This document shows positions 49,759-59,896 of a DNA stretch of 64,000 nt, piece by piece (position 1 is the stretch's first letter; each line of letters begins with the position of its first letter). Source of the stretch: Flavobacteriaceae bacterium (GTDB lineage: Bacteria > Bacteroidota > Bacteroidia > Flavobacteriales > Flavobacteriaceae). The stretch lies in NCBI GenBank assembly GCA_041254175.1, contig JBESZM010000034.1, positions 20,616-84,615 of the forward strand, in the 5' to 3' direction. The translations under genes were made by a program, and so were the position numbers. The notes beneath the pieces are model-generated. The model was not told the DNA's origin. It saw only the letters and a list, made by a program, of their open reading frames with translations, and made no database searches.

Positions 49759-49762
49759 ATCG

Positions 49763-50149
49763 GTGATTTCTACTTTACTCAAGTTTTCCGTTAAACTCTT
49801 TTTGTTGATGACCGGCCTGTTTTGGCTTCACACTTTTGCAATCAATCTGTTGGGATTTTCTGTTCAAGACGGGCTTTTAAAGGCTTGTTATCTCTTCAAT
49901 ACACTGATTGCACTGGTTTTTTTCTTCTTGCTTGTTTTTGTTTCAAAACACGACCCCACAATTTTGGGATGGGTTTTTCTATTCACCAGTGGGATAAAGT
50001 TTTTACTTTTTTTCGCATTGATATTCCCCGGTTTTAAAGCCATTGGGCTGTCACCCCAGCAAGAGTTTTTAACTTTTTTCATTCCTTATACCGCTGCCAT
50101 GAGCCTTGAAATACATCAATTGATAAATATTTTAAATCAGGAGAAATAG
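49763..50149 (+). CDS. small four-TM membrane protein, unknown function
   Basis: 128 aa with a GTG start, located between atpZ and the atpB promoter. Confidence 0.5.
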   Translation: MISTLLKFSVKLFLLMTGLFWLHTFAINLLGFSVQDGLLKACYLFNTLIALVFFFLLVFVSKHDPTILGWVFLFTSGIKFLLFFALIFPGFKAIGLSPQQEFLTFFIPYTAAMSLEIHQLINILNQEK

Positions 50150-50209
50150 CCATTTATTCAAACCCAAAAAATAAATTTTAAAACTATTTTATTTAAAAGC
50201 CGAAAGACT

Positions 50210-50217
50210 TACATTTG
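50210..50217 (+). promoter_or_regulatory. -7 box (TACATTTG) for atpB operon
   Basis: Exact TAnnTTTG, 33 nt upstream of ATG 50251. Confidence 0.5.
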
Positions 50218-50250
50218 CAGCTCAATTAAACGATTAGTTTAGTGCTTATT

Positions 50251-51345
50251 ATGCCGAAGGGACTGTACCTATACTTAGCAGCTTTTTTACTGATTTCATT
50301 CAGTACGCTAAGCGCAAAAGAATCTAACACCAAGGAAGATGAATCAACGGGTGACCTCAAGTCTGAGATAAAGGCATACATACTCCACCATTTACAAGAC
50401 TCTCACGACTTCAATCTCCTTTCCTACAAAGACAAAACAACCAACGAAAAGGTCTATATTGGAATGCCATTACCGGTCATATTATGGGATGACGGTCTAA
50501 AAATGTTTTCTTCTTCCAAGCTCAAGCACGGGAAAAATGTAGTTCTAAAGGGAGACAATTACTATAAACTCTATCACGGTAAAATATACAGAACCGATGC
50601 CCAGGGAACGATCACCTATGACGATCACCACCACCCCACCAATGTTAAGCCGATCGATTTTTCGATTACCAAAAACGTGATTTCAATATTGTTAACCGCA
50701 CTGTTGATGTTTGTATTGTTCAGAGGGCTGGCACAATCCTATCAAAAAAACGGCATGATCGCTAAAGGTGTGGGACGGTTTTTTGAGCCCATTGTCCTTT
50801 ATGTTAGAGACGAAATAGCCATCCCTAACATAGGCGAAAAACACCACAGAAGGTTTATGGGCTATTTATTGACCCTTTTCTTTTTTATCTGGTTTCTTAA
50901 CCTTTTGGGATTAACCCCTCTGGGGATTAACGTAACCGGAAACATTGCTATCACCTTTTGTTTGGCACTGATCACCTTTGTCATCACGACCTTGGTAGGA
51001 AAGAAATATTATTGGAAGCACATCTTTTGGATGCCCGGTGTGCCATGGCCCATGAAAATCATTTTGGCACCCATAGAACTTTTAGGGTTGATCATCAAAC
51101 CCTTTTCATTAATGATTCGTTTGTATGCCAACATATCGGCAGGACATATCGTATTGATGAGTTTGATCGCCCTTATTTTTATATTTAAAAACTGGATTGG
51201 ATCCAGCCTGTCATTTGTATTGGCTTTTTCCATCTCCATCATCGAAATATTGGTAGCCCTATTACAGGCCTACATCTTTACGGTATTGTCAGCCTTGTAT
51301 TTTGGCTTTGCCGTTGAGGAACACGATGAAAACGACGATCATTAA
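50251..51345 (+). CDS. atpB: F0F1 ATP synthase subunit a
   Basis: Long N-terminal extension followed by the subunit-a core (LMIRLYANISAGH). Confidence 0.92.
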   Translation: MPKGLYLYLAAFLLISFSTLSAKESNTKEDESTGDLKSEIKAYILHHLQDSHDFNLLSYKDKTTNEKVYIGMPLPVILWDDGLKMFSSSKLKHGKNVVLKGDNYYKLYHGKIYRTDAQGTITYDDHHHPTNVKPIDFSITKNVISILLTALLMFVLFRGLAQSYQKNGMIAKGVGRFFEPIVLYVRDEIAIPNIGEKHHRRFMGYLLTLFFFIWFLNLLGLTPLGINVTGNIAITFCLALITFVITTLVGKKYYWKHIFWMPGVPWPMKIILAPIELLGLIIKPFSLMIRLYANISAGHIVLMSLIALIFIFKNWIGSSLSFVLAFSISIIEILVALLQAYIFTVLSALYFGFAVEEHDENDDH

Positions 51346-51359
51346 TTAAGTATGTATAA

Positions 51360-51569
<210 letters not shown>

Positions 51570-51615
51570 CAAGCATTGTTTATCAACCCACTCATTGGGT
51601 TAAAATTTTTTAAGG

Positions 51616-52113
51616 ATGGAAAAATTAATCAATGAATTCTCATTTGGTCTGTTTTTTTGGCAGTCATTCATTTTTATTGGTCTGATCTTACTTTTGAGGA
51701 AGTTTGCTTGGAAACCCATTTTGGATGCTGTCAACGAAAGAGAGACTTCTATCAAAGACGCCATGAATGCAGCCGAAGAGGCTAAAAAAGAAATGGCTTC
51801 CATACAAGAAGACAACCAAAAAGTTCTAAAAGAAGCCCGAGCCGAGCGCGAAGCCCTATTAAAGGAAGCCCGCTCCAACGGTGCCGATATTGTTGCCCAA
51901 GCCAAAGCCGAGGCCAAAGCTGAAGCCGATAAAATCATCGCTCAGGCACAAGAATCCATTCAAAACGAAAAACGCGCAGCACTCACTGAACTCAAAAATC
52001 AAGTAGCGCAAATTTCATTGGACATAGCCGAAAAGGTTATTGATTCCGAATTGGAAAGTAAAGACAAACAGTCCAAATTGGTCAACCAACTCATCAAAGA
52101 CGCTTCTTTATAA
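51616..52113 (+). CDS. atpF: F0F1 ATP synthase subunit b
   Basis: 165 aa with an N-terminal TM and a long Ala/Glu/Lys-rich helix. Confidence 0.9.
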   Translation: MEKLINEFSFGLFFWQSFIFIGLILLLRKFAWKPILDAVNERETSIKDAMNAAEEAKKEMASIQEDNQKVLKEARAEREALLKEARSNGADIVAQAKAEAKAEADKIIAQAQESIQNEKRAALTELKNQVAQISLDIAEKVIDSELESKDKQSKLVNQLIKDASL

Positions 52114-52120
52114 TCAGAAT

Positions 52121-52657
52121 ATGAAAGCAGGGAGAGCTTCGATCCGATACGCAAAAGCACTTTTGGAATTCGCCATCGAAAACCAAAAGGAAAAATCCGT
52201 TGTTGAAGAAATGCAAAACATCCTTTCCCTTGTGGAAAGTAGCCCTCAGTTGGACGAAGCATTGAACAGTCCTGTTTTGCCTGGCTCTCAAAAAAGAAAG
52301 ATCATTGACGAAGTCTTTCCCAAAGCATCTAAAATTGTTCAAAGCCTTTTTGATCTGTTATCACAAAACGGTCGGGAAGGAATTCTTGGGGGAATAGCCT
52401 ATCATTACATCGAATTGTTTGACAAAAACCAAGGGAAAGTTGCCGCAACGGTCACTACCGCAGTTCCCCTCACCAAAGATCTGGAAAAAGAGGTACTCAT
52501 AAAAGCCGCTGCTTTGACCCCTTTGAAAATAGAACTCAAAAACATCGTAGATCCCACCATCAAAGGAGGATTCATTCTTAGGGTTGGAGATTTACAATAC
52601 AACGCCAGCATAGCGGACCGCTTGGAAGCGTTAAAAAGAGAATTGATTACATCCTAA
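52121..52657 (+). CDS. atpH: F0F1 ATP synthase subunit delta
   Basis: 178 aa from ATG 52121 with RYAKALLEFA and GGFILRVGD motifs. The longer ORF start at 52040 would overlap atpF. Confidence 0.9.
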   Translation: MKAGRASIRYAKALLEFAIENQKEKSVVEEMQNILSLVESSPQLDEALNSPVLPGSQKRKIIDEVFPKASKIVQSLFDLLSQNGREGILGGIAYHYIELFDKNQGKVAATVTTAVPLTKDLEKEVLIKAAALTPLKIELKNIVDPTIKGGFILRVGDLQYNASIADRLEALKRELITS

Positions 52658-52675
52658 TACTGAAAAAAAGAAAAA

Positions 52676-54253
52676 ATGGCAGACGTTAAGCCCGCTGAAG
52701 TTTCAGCAATATTAAAAAATCAATTGGCAGGATTTGAAGCCACTGCCTCCTTAGACGAAGTGGGAACCGTACTCGAAGTAGGAGACGGGATTGCCAGAGT
52801 ATACGGACTTACCCATGCCGAATACGGCGAACTGGTTACCTTCGAGAACGGAATGGACGGAATGGTTTTGAACCTTGAAGAAGACAATGTTGGGGTAGTA
52901 CTCTTGGGACCCTCCAAAGAAATCAAAGAAGGGAACACCGTTAAGCGTACCAAAAAAATTGCCTCCATCAACGTAGGTGAAGGCATCGTAGGACGTGTGG
53001 TCGACACCTTGGGAACACCCATAGACGGAAAAGGACCCATTGAGGGCGAAACCTTTCAAATGCCTTTAGAGCGAAAAGCTCCCGGGGTAATTTTCAGACA
53101 ACCCGTAAACGAGCCCCTTCAAACAGGAGTTAAGTCTATTGACGCCATGATCCCTGTGGGTAGAGGTCAAAGAGAATTGGTGATTGGTGATCGCCAAACC
53201 GGAAAAACCACGGTTTGTATCGATACCATCCTCAATCAAAAAGAATTTTTCGATGCCGGCGAACCGGTATACTGCATCTATGTTGCTGTAGGGCAAAAAG
53301 CATCTACTGTAGCAGGGATTGCCAAAATATTAGAAGATAAAGGTGCTTTGGCTTACACCACCATTGTAGCTGCCAATGCCTCCGACCCTGCTCCCATGCA
53401 GGTATACGCTCCTTTTGCCGGAGCTGCCATTGGAGAGTATTTTAGAGACACGGGTCGTCCTGCATTGATCATCTATGATGACCTGTCCAAACAAGCAGTT
53501 GCTTACCGTGAGGTATCCCTTTTGCTTCGTCGTCCTCCGGGGCGTGAGGCCTATCCCGGGGATGTATTCTACCTTCACTCCAGATTGCTGGAACGTGCCG
53601 CAAAAGTCATTGCCGATGACGATATCGCCAAAGGCATGAACGACCTGCCCGAGTCCCTTAAAGACAAAGTAAAAGGAGGAGGTTCACTGACGGCTCTGCC
53701 CATTATTGAAACCCAAGCGGGAGACGTTTCCGCCTATATTCCAACCAACGTAATTTCGATTACTGATGGACAAATATTTTTAGAGTCTGATCTCTTCAAC
53801 TCTGGGGTTCGACCTGCGATCAACGTGGGAATCTCCGTATCCAGGGTAGGGGGATCGGCACAGATCAAGTCCATGAAAAAAGTAGCGGGTACGCTCAAAC
53901 TTGACCAAGCCCAGTTCCGTGAGCTGGAAGCCTTTGCCAAGTTTGGTTCTGACCTTGATGCTGCTACGCTCAATGTGATTGAAAAAGGACGACGAAACGT
54001 TGAAATCCTCAAACAAGCCCAAAATGACCCTTATACCGTAGAAGAGCAAGTTGCCATCATCTATGCCGGGTCAAAAAACTTGTTGAGAAATGTTCCTGTG
54101 GAAAAGGTCAAAGAATTCGAAACCGCCTTTTTAACCACCCTTAAAAAGAAACACAAAAAGGCTTTGGCAGAACTTAAGTCAGGAAAGTTGACCGACAATG
54201 CGCTCGACACCCTCAATGCCGTAGCACAAGAAACCTCCAAAGCGTTTGAATAG
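52676..54253 (+). CDS. atpA: F0F1 ATP synthase subunit alpha
   Basis: 525 aa with the P-loop GDRQTGKT. Confidence 0.97.
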   Translation: MADVKPAEVSAILKNQLAGFEATASLDEVGTVLEVGDGIARVYGLTHAEYGELVTFENGMDGMVLNLEEDNVGVVLLGPSKEIKEGNTVKRTKKIASINVGEGIVGRVVDTLGTPIDGKGPIEGETFQMPLERKAPGVIFRQPVNEPLQTGVKSIDAMIPVGRGQRELVIGDRQTGKTTVCIDTILNQKEFFDAGEPVYCIYVAVGQKASTVAGIAKILEDKGALAYTTIVAANASDPAPMQVYAPFAGAAIGEYFRDTGRPALIIYDDLSKQAVAYREVSLLLRRPPGREAYPGDVFYLHSRLLERAAKVIADDDIAKGMNDLPESLKDKVKGGGSLTALPIIETQAGDVSAYIPTNVISITDGQIFLESDLFNSGVRPAINVGISVSRVGGSAQIKSMKKVAGTLKLDQAQFRELEAFAKFGSDLDAATLNVIEKGRRNVEILKQAQNDPYTVEEQVAIIYAGSKNLLRNVPVEKVKEFETAFLTTLKKKHKKALAELKSGKLTDNALDTLNAVAQETSKAFE

Positions 54254-55117
54254 ATGGCCAATCTAAAAGAAATACGGAATCGTATTGCCTCGGTCTCTTC
54301 GACCATGCAAATCACCAGTGCCATGAAAATGGTATCGGCCGCCAAGTTGAAGAAAGCCCAGGACGCCATTACTGCCATGCGGCCCTATGCCAACAAGTTG
54401 ACCGAGCTCATTCAAAATCTCTCTGGAAGCCTGGACGGGGAGGGGCAAAACCCCTATACTGCCCAGCGTGTTGAGGAAAAAATACTCATCATCGCCATCA
54501 CTTCCAACAGAGGATTGTGTGGAGCTTTTAATACCAATATTATTAAAGAAACCCTCCGACTGGCCAAGGAAGATTATGCTGGTAAAACCGTTGAAGTCAT
54601 GGGAATTGGCAAAAAAGGAGGGGACATCCTCTCCAAAACCCTACCCATCAACAGCCGTCACGATGCCATTTATGACGATCTGAATTTTGGCAACACTGCC
54701 GAAGTTGCCCTAGAGGCGATGGATGCTTTTGCCGAAGCCCAATACGACAAAGTTTTGGTGGTTTACAACCGTTTTAAAAATGCGGCCACACAGATCGTAA
54801 CGACTGAACAATTCCTCCCCATAGTGGCCGAGGAAGACGCTGTAAAACAATCATCTGCCGATTACATCTATGAGCCCTCTCAGTCGGCCATTATTGACGA
54901 ATTGTTGCCCAAGTCACTCAAAATGCAACTCTTCAAAGCCGTAAGAGATTCCTTTGCCAGTGAACACGGAGCCCGTATGACTGCCATGCACAAGGCTACC
55001 GACAATGCTACCGAACTGAGGGATCAACTCAAACTCACCTATAACAAAGCAAGACAAGCTGCCATCACCAATGAAATTCTCGAAATTGTGGGCGGGGCAG
55101 AGGCTTTGAACAATTAG
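54254..55117 (+). CDS. atpG: F0F1 ATP synthase subunit gamma
   Basis: 287 aa with MANLKEIRNRI and ITNEILEIVGGAEAL termini. Confidence 0.95.
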   Translation: MANLKEIRNRIASVSSTMQITSAMKMVSAAKLKKAQDAITAMRPYANKLTELIQNLSGSLDGEGQNPYTAQRVEEKILIIAITSNRGLCGAFNTNIIKETLRLAKEDYAGKTVEVMGIGKKGGDILSKTLPINSRHDAIYDDLNFGNTAEVALEAMDAFAEAQYDKVLVVYNRFKNAATQIVTTEQFLPIVAEEDAVKQSSADYIYEPSQSAIIDELLPKSLKMQLFKAVRDSFASEHGARMTAMHKATDNATELRDQLKLTYNKARQAAITNEILEIVGGAEALNN

Positions 55118-55218
55118 GAAAACCCTAGCGGCCCTCATTTGTTTTATTAACTAAAACGGATTTTACCTTATAAATTCAAATTTTCACTATTTTTAGTTAT
55201 CCCAATAGCTAAAAGTCA

Positions 55219-56316
55219 ATGCTTCCATCATCCCAAAATCGCATCCGTTCCATAGACATTCTTCGTGGTTTTGATATGTTGATGATCGTCTTGGCAGACC
55301 AATTTTTTTCAAAATTAAACAAAGGGGTAGGGTCAGATTTTACTGCGGCCATAGCGCGCCAGTTTTCCCATCCCGAATGGTTGGGGTTTAGACTTTACGA
55401 CATCATCATGCCCCTGTTTCTCTTTGTAGTGGGAGCAGTAATTCCCTTTTCGGTTTCAAAATACACACAAAACGCCGCTAACAAAAAACCCCTATTCTTA
55501 AAACTGACCAGGAGATTTTTTATCCTTTTTGTGCTGGGTTGGATCGTTCAGGGCAACCTATTGGATTTCGATCTCTCAAAATTTAAAATATTCAATAACA
55601 CCTTGCAAGCCATTGCGGTGGGATATGTTTTTACTACCATCTCCTATGTTTATCTAAAACCTACCCAAAGGTATTTTCTTTTTGCGTCTTGTTTGTTGAT
55701 ATATGCCCTGCTATTGACCTTGCCCATTATCCCGGATACAGGCCGGAGTACCCTTATTCCTGATGCCAACTTTGCCCTCTATGTCGATCAGTTGATTTTT
55801 GGTCCTTTTGACGATGGCAAACAATATACCTGGTTTTTATCCAGTCTGGGATTTACCGCCACCACCTTATCCGGACTGTTTGCCGGTGAACTGATCAAAA
55901 TCCAAAAAGATAAAGTAAAGGTCGTCAAAACCCTACTGATTTATGGAGCCATTGCACTTGGCTTGGGACTTCTGGGAAACATTTGGCATCCTGTTGTAAA
56001 GAAAATCTGGTCCTCCACTTTTGTTTTGGTTTCCTCCGGAGTATGTTATTTCCTTATGGCTGCTTTTTATTGGATCATTGACGTAAAACAGAAATTCAAA
56101 TGGGCCTTTTTTCTTAAAGTAATAGGGATGAATGCCATCACTGCCTATGTGATAACTCATGTTTTGCCTTTTCCCAAAATCGCAGGCTTTATCCTCTATG
56201 GTTTAGCCCCTTATACTGGAAACTATTACGAATTGGTCACTGTGATTGGAGGGTTTGCGCTACTTTATCTATTACTTAGGTATATGTATAAAAACAAAAC
56301 TTTTATCAAGGTTTAA
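55219..56316 (+). CDS. DUF5009/HGSNAT-like transmembrane acyltransferase
   Basis: 365 aa with RIRSIDILRGFDM at the N-terminus and about 10 TMs. Confidence 0.65.
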   Translation: MLPSSQNRIRSIDILRGFDMLMIVLADQFFSKLNKGVGSDFTAAIARQFSHPEWLGFRLYDIIMPLFLFVVGAVIPFSVSKYTQNAANKKPLFLKLTRRFFILFVLGWIVQGNLLDFDLSKFKIFNNTLQAIAVGYVFTTISYVYLKPTQRYFLFASCLLIYALLLTLPIIPDTGRSTLIPDANFALYVDQLIFGPFDDGKQYTWFLSSLGFTATTLSGLFAGELIKIQKDKVKVVKTLLIYGAIALGLGLLGNIWHPVVKKIWSSTFVLVSSGVCYFLMAAFYWIIDVKQKFKWAFFLKVIGMNAITAYVITHVLPFPKIAGFILYGLAPYTGNYYELVTVIGGFALLYLLLRYMYKNKTFIKV

Positions 56317-56379
56317 ATCAATATCTGAACGATGATCTCTTTACACAATTGTTTACCTGCAACACTGCTGAAATTGTAT

Positions 56380-57474
56380 ATGAAACACTTAAAATCAGGG
56401 CTTAAAATCAGACTTGCTTTAACAATAAGCCTCTTTTGCTTTGGAGTAAGCCCTGCCCAGGAACTTGATTTTATAGATCTTTTCCCCCAAAGGGAAGGCA
56501 TTGCCTGCTATAGAATCCCCTCCATTGTTACGGCACCCAATGGAGACCTCATCACGGCCATAGACGAAAGAGTTCCCTCCTGCGCTGACTTGCGAGACAA
56601 CAAGAACATCAACCTGATCATCAGAAGAAGTACCGACAACGGCAAAAGCTGGACCCCCATCCAAAGGGTGGTAGATTACCCCCGGGGTCAATCGGTCTCT
56701 GACCCCTCCATGATCGTTGATCGGGTCACCAATACCATCTTTATGTTCTTTAACTATATGGACTTAGAGCATGAACCACAAATTTATTATCTGAAGTACA
56801 TCAAAAGCCAAGATAACGGGAAAAGCTGGTCGCCCCCCGTGGACATTACCACACAAATATCCAAACCCCAATGGCACAAAGACTTTAAGTTCATCACTTC
56901 CGGAAGAGGGATTCAAACCCGTAAGGGAACCCTACTCCATACCTTGGTCAATCTCGATCACGGGCTTCATCTTTTTAAGAGCGATAACCATGGGGAGAAC
57001 TGGCAACTGGTGGATACCCCTCTTATTCCCGGGGACGAATCCAAAGTCGTTGAACTCAGCGATGGCAGTTGGATGGTCAACTCTAGGCTCAACAGAAAGG
57101 GATACCGACAAACCTTTACCTCCACTGATGAAGGCAAAACATGGGCCTCCCGTCCCGACCAAAGCCTTGTTGACCCCGGTTGCAATGCCGGGATCATCCG
57201 CTACAGTCCAAAAAAACCAACGTCTAAAAAGGGAATTTTACTATTTGTCAATGCCAAGCACAAAACAGATAGGAAAAATCTTACTCTTAAAATCAGTACA
57301 GATAATGGGAAAAGCTGGTCTGCGGAGAAAACCATTTATGAAGGCCCGTCTGCCTATGCCGCCATCACACGGCTTGAAAATGCTGACCTAGGGATTGTTT
57401 TCGAAAAAGACAATTACACACAAAACACTTTTGTCAGAATTTCGCAACAAGAGATCCAGGCCCTAATTGATTGA
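56380..57474 (+). CDS. exo-alpha-sialidase (GH33, BNR/Asp-box)
   Basis: Signal peptide, YRIPS (RIP) motif and five Asp-boxes (STDNGKSW x2, SQDNGKSW, SDNHGENW, STDEGKTW). Confidence 0.88.
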   Translation: MKHLKSGLKIRLALTISLFCFGVSPAQELDFIDLFPQREGIACYRIPSIVTAPNGDLITAIDERVPSCADLRDNKNINLIIRRSTDNGKSWTPIQRVVDYPRGQSVSDPSMIVDRVTNTIFMFFNYMDLEHEPQIYYLKYIKSQDNGKSWSPPVDITTQISKPQWHKDFKFITSGRGIQTRKGTLLHTLVNLDHGLHLFKSDNHGENWQLVDTPLIPGDESKVVELSDGSWMVNSRLNRKGYRQTFTSTDEGKTWASRPDQSLVDPGCNAGIIRYSPKKPTSKKGILLFVNAKHKTDRKNLTLKISTDNGKSWSAEKTIYEGPSAYAAITRLENADLGIVFEKDNYTQNTFVRISQQEIQALID

Positions 57475-57544
57475 AACTTTATAATTTCGGCCGAACAATA
57501 GTTTCTGCTGCCTTACTGAGGTCAGTGGACAAACTCCCCATCAC

Positions 57545-58278
57545 ATGTCCATTAAACTTTGGAAATATAAAATCAATTTATTTAAAAACCCTACGGTAAA
57601 AAAAAATTTATCCTCTTTGCCATAGCAGAGGTTATATTGGTGATGTTAGGTATCCTGCTTGCCTTGGAGGTGGACAACTGGAAAGAATCTAAAAGGATGA
57701 TTAGTTTAGAAAAAACCATGCAAACAGGCCTCCATGCCGATCTCAATCAAAACCTAAGCAAGATTCAATCCATTATTCGAAGGGACTCCCTAAGAATTAC
57801 AGGGAATCAAAAGATCATTGCCCTTTTAAAAGATTCCCACTCCACTTATCACAGTCAGTATGATACCCTATTGGGAAAAATCTTGGAGTACGATGTTTTC
57901 TTCAGTCAAAGATTGACCTACGAAAGCATCGACAATAATGGAATAATGGTGATCAGAAATGCCCAACTCCGAACCAAAATCGCTTACCTCTATGATTACA
58001 TTCTCAATGAATTGGAGCAACAAGGCAACATTAGTAAACAACTATTGGCGACTCAATCAGAACCCGTACTTACCCGTTATCTGGAAACCGGAAAAAACGT
58101 AGGTTCAAGATTTCCCAACGACTTTCAACGTCTTAAAAAAGAACAAGAATTCATGAATCATCTCACCAATGCAGCAGCCCATCAGCGGATGTTCATAAAA
58201 TATTTTAAAGGCAGCATACCCGAAATCAAAAGTGTTATGCAGGAGATTAAAAAAGAATTGAGTTCCATCAAGAATTGA
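57545..58278 (+). pseudogene. DUF6090-like membrane-anchored protein split by a frameshift in an A9 run
   Basis: ATG 57545 opens a 26-codon frame ending at TAG 57623-57625. ORF 57637..58278 is in the -1 frame (a +1 shift would rejoin them). Reading the A run 57598-57606 as A10 gives MSIKLWKYKINLFKNPTVKKKFILFAIAEVILVMLGILLALEVDNW, a typical N-terminus for this family. Confidence 0.6.
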
Positions 58279-58403
58279 GGATTTTATTGATATAATCTAT
58301 ACAGGCATTGAAAAAAAGAACAATTTTCATAAAAAAACCTTAAGTCAGTGGAGAGAGCGCAAGGTTTCAGGGTGCTTTTTGTATTTTTACATAAACAAAA
58401 AAA

Positions 58404-58841
58404 ATGGTTGAGATTCCCGTTCTCTTTTCCGGCAAGGGAGAATTGCCTCATTATGCGACTCCACTTTCTGCAGGTATGGATCTACGTGCCCATATCGAAG
58501 CCCCCATTACCTTAAAGACTTTGGAGCGAAAAATCATACCGACGGGATTGTCCATTGCGCTACCGGAGGGCTACGAAGCCCAAGTTCGCCCGCGAAGTGG
58601 CCTGGCGGCCAAACACGGCATTAGCGTTCTCAATGCTCCCGGAACCATTGATGCGGATTACCGTGGAGACATAGGGGTCATTTTGGTCAATCTTTCCCAA
58701 GAAGACTTTACCATCGCCCCACAGGACAGAATTGCTCAATTGGTCATCGCCCAATACAGTCAGGTGGAGTGGCAAATTGTGGAGGCCTTACCCGATTCCG
58801 AAAGAGGAAGCGGAGGCTTTGGCAGTACCGGAAAAAAATAG
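58404..58841 (+). CDS. dut: dUTP diphosphatase
   Basis: 145 aa with Dut motifs ([31 protein letters not shown]). Confidence 0.95.
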   Translation: MVEIPVLFSGKGELPHYATPLSAGMDLRAHIEAPITLKTLERKIIPTGLSIALPEGYEAQVRPRSGLAAKHGISVLNAPGTIDADYRGDIGVILVNLSQEDFTIAPQDRIAQLVIAQYSQVEWQIVEALPDSERGSGGFGSTGKK

Positions 58842-58877
58842 CTTAAACAAGTTCATTAATTAATAATATATAAAACA

Positions 58878-59894
58878 TTGAAAATCATTGTCCCCATGGC
58901 GGGTAGAGGATCTAGATTAAGACCCCATAGCCTTACGGTTCCCAAGCCCATGTTGCCCGTTGCCGGATCGCCCATAGTGGCCCAATTGGTCAACGAAATT
59001 GCCCGAGTTGTTGACCAGCCCATAGAGGAGGTAGCCTATATTCTCGGGGATCCTGCTTTTTTTGGCCCCACCATAGAGGAGGAACTCAAACAAGTAGCAA
59101 AGGATTTAGGCGCCAAAGCCACCATTTACCGACAATTGGAACCCCTAGGTACCGGACATGCCGTAATGTGTGCCGCCGATTCCCTATCGGGGCCTATTAT
59201 CGTCGCCTATGCCGATACGCTTATCCGTACCGACTTATCTCTTGATCCTACTGTAGATGGAATGATATGGGTCAAAAAAGTAGAAAATCCCAAAGCCTAT
59301 GGCGTTGTTAAAATGAATGATGCCAATCACATTACCGCCTTGGTTGAAAAGCCAGAGGAATTTGTGTCTGATTTGGCAGTTATAGGCATTTATTATTTCA
59401 AAGAAGGGGAAACCATTAAGGCCGAATTGGAAAAAACCATGATTCAGGCAAGAGCCGAAGGGGAGGAGTTTCTTTTGAATGAAGGCATATTGGCCATGAT
59501 GGAAAAAGGAGCTGTCTTTACCCCAGGAACTGTCAAAGAGTGGATGGACTGTGGCAATCCTAAAATTACCCTCCAAACCAACACCAAAATGTTGGACATA
59601 CTTACGGCCGAAGGCAATAAACTGGTTGCTGAGGATGTTATAATAGAGAACAGCGAGATCATCCCCCCCTGTTATATCGGGTCGGGAGTAGTATTAAAAA
59701 ACAGTACAGTGGGTCCTCATACCGCCATGGGGGAAGGGACCCAAATTGAAAACAGTACCATCAGCAATAGTTTGATACAAAAACATTCTCTCATCCAAAA
59801 CGCTCAGCTCGAAGGGGCGATGATCGGTAATCATGTCAAATACGACGGGACATTTAGTTTTGTATCCATTGGTGATTATTCAGAATTATCATAG
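58878..59894 (+). CDS. sugar-phosphate nucleotidyltransferase with left-handed beta-helix C-terminus
   Basis: MKIIVPMAGRGSRLRP (G-x-G-x-R-L) N-terminus and hexapeptide-like repeats at the C-terminus. TTG start. Confidence 0.8.
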   Translation: MKIIVPMAGRGSRLRPHSLTVPKPMLPVAGSPIVAQLVNEIARVVDQPIEEVAYILGDPAFFGPTIEEELKQVAKDLGAKATIYRQLEPLGTGHAVMCAADSLSGPIIVAYADTLIRTDLSLDPTVDGMIWVKKVENPKAYGVVKMNDANHITALVEKPEEFVSDLAVIGIYYFKEGETIKAELEKTMIQARAEGEEFLLNEGILAMMEKGAVFTPGTVKEWMDCGNPKITLQTNTKMLDILTAEGNKLVAEDVIIENSEIIPPCYIGSGVVLKNSTVGPHTAMGEGTQIENSTISNSLIQKHSLIQNAQLEGAMIGNHVKYDGTFSFVSIGDYSELS

Positions 59895-59896
59895 CC

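Noticed and set aside
57475-57544. Palindrome TTCGGCCGAA just after the sialidase stop, and AAACCTT-N19-AAGGTTT in 58279-58403, considered as terminators or regulatory sites.
   Set aside because: The first has no loop and no U-tract. The second has a 19-nt loop and only 7 bp of AT-rich stem. Both are compatible with chance.
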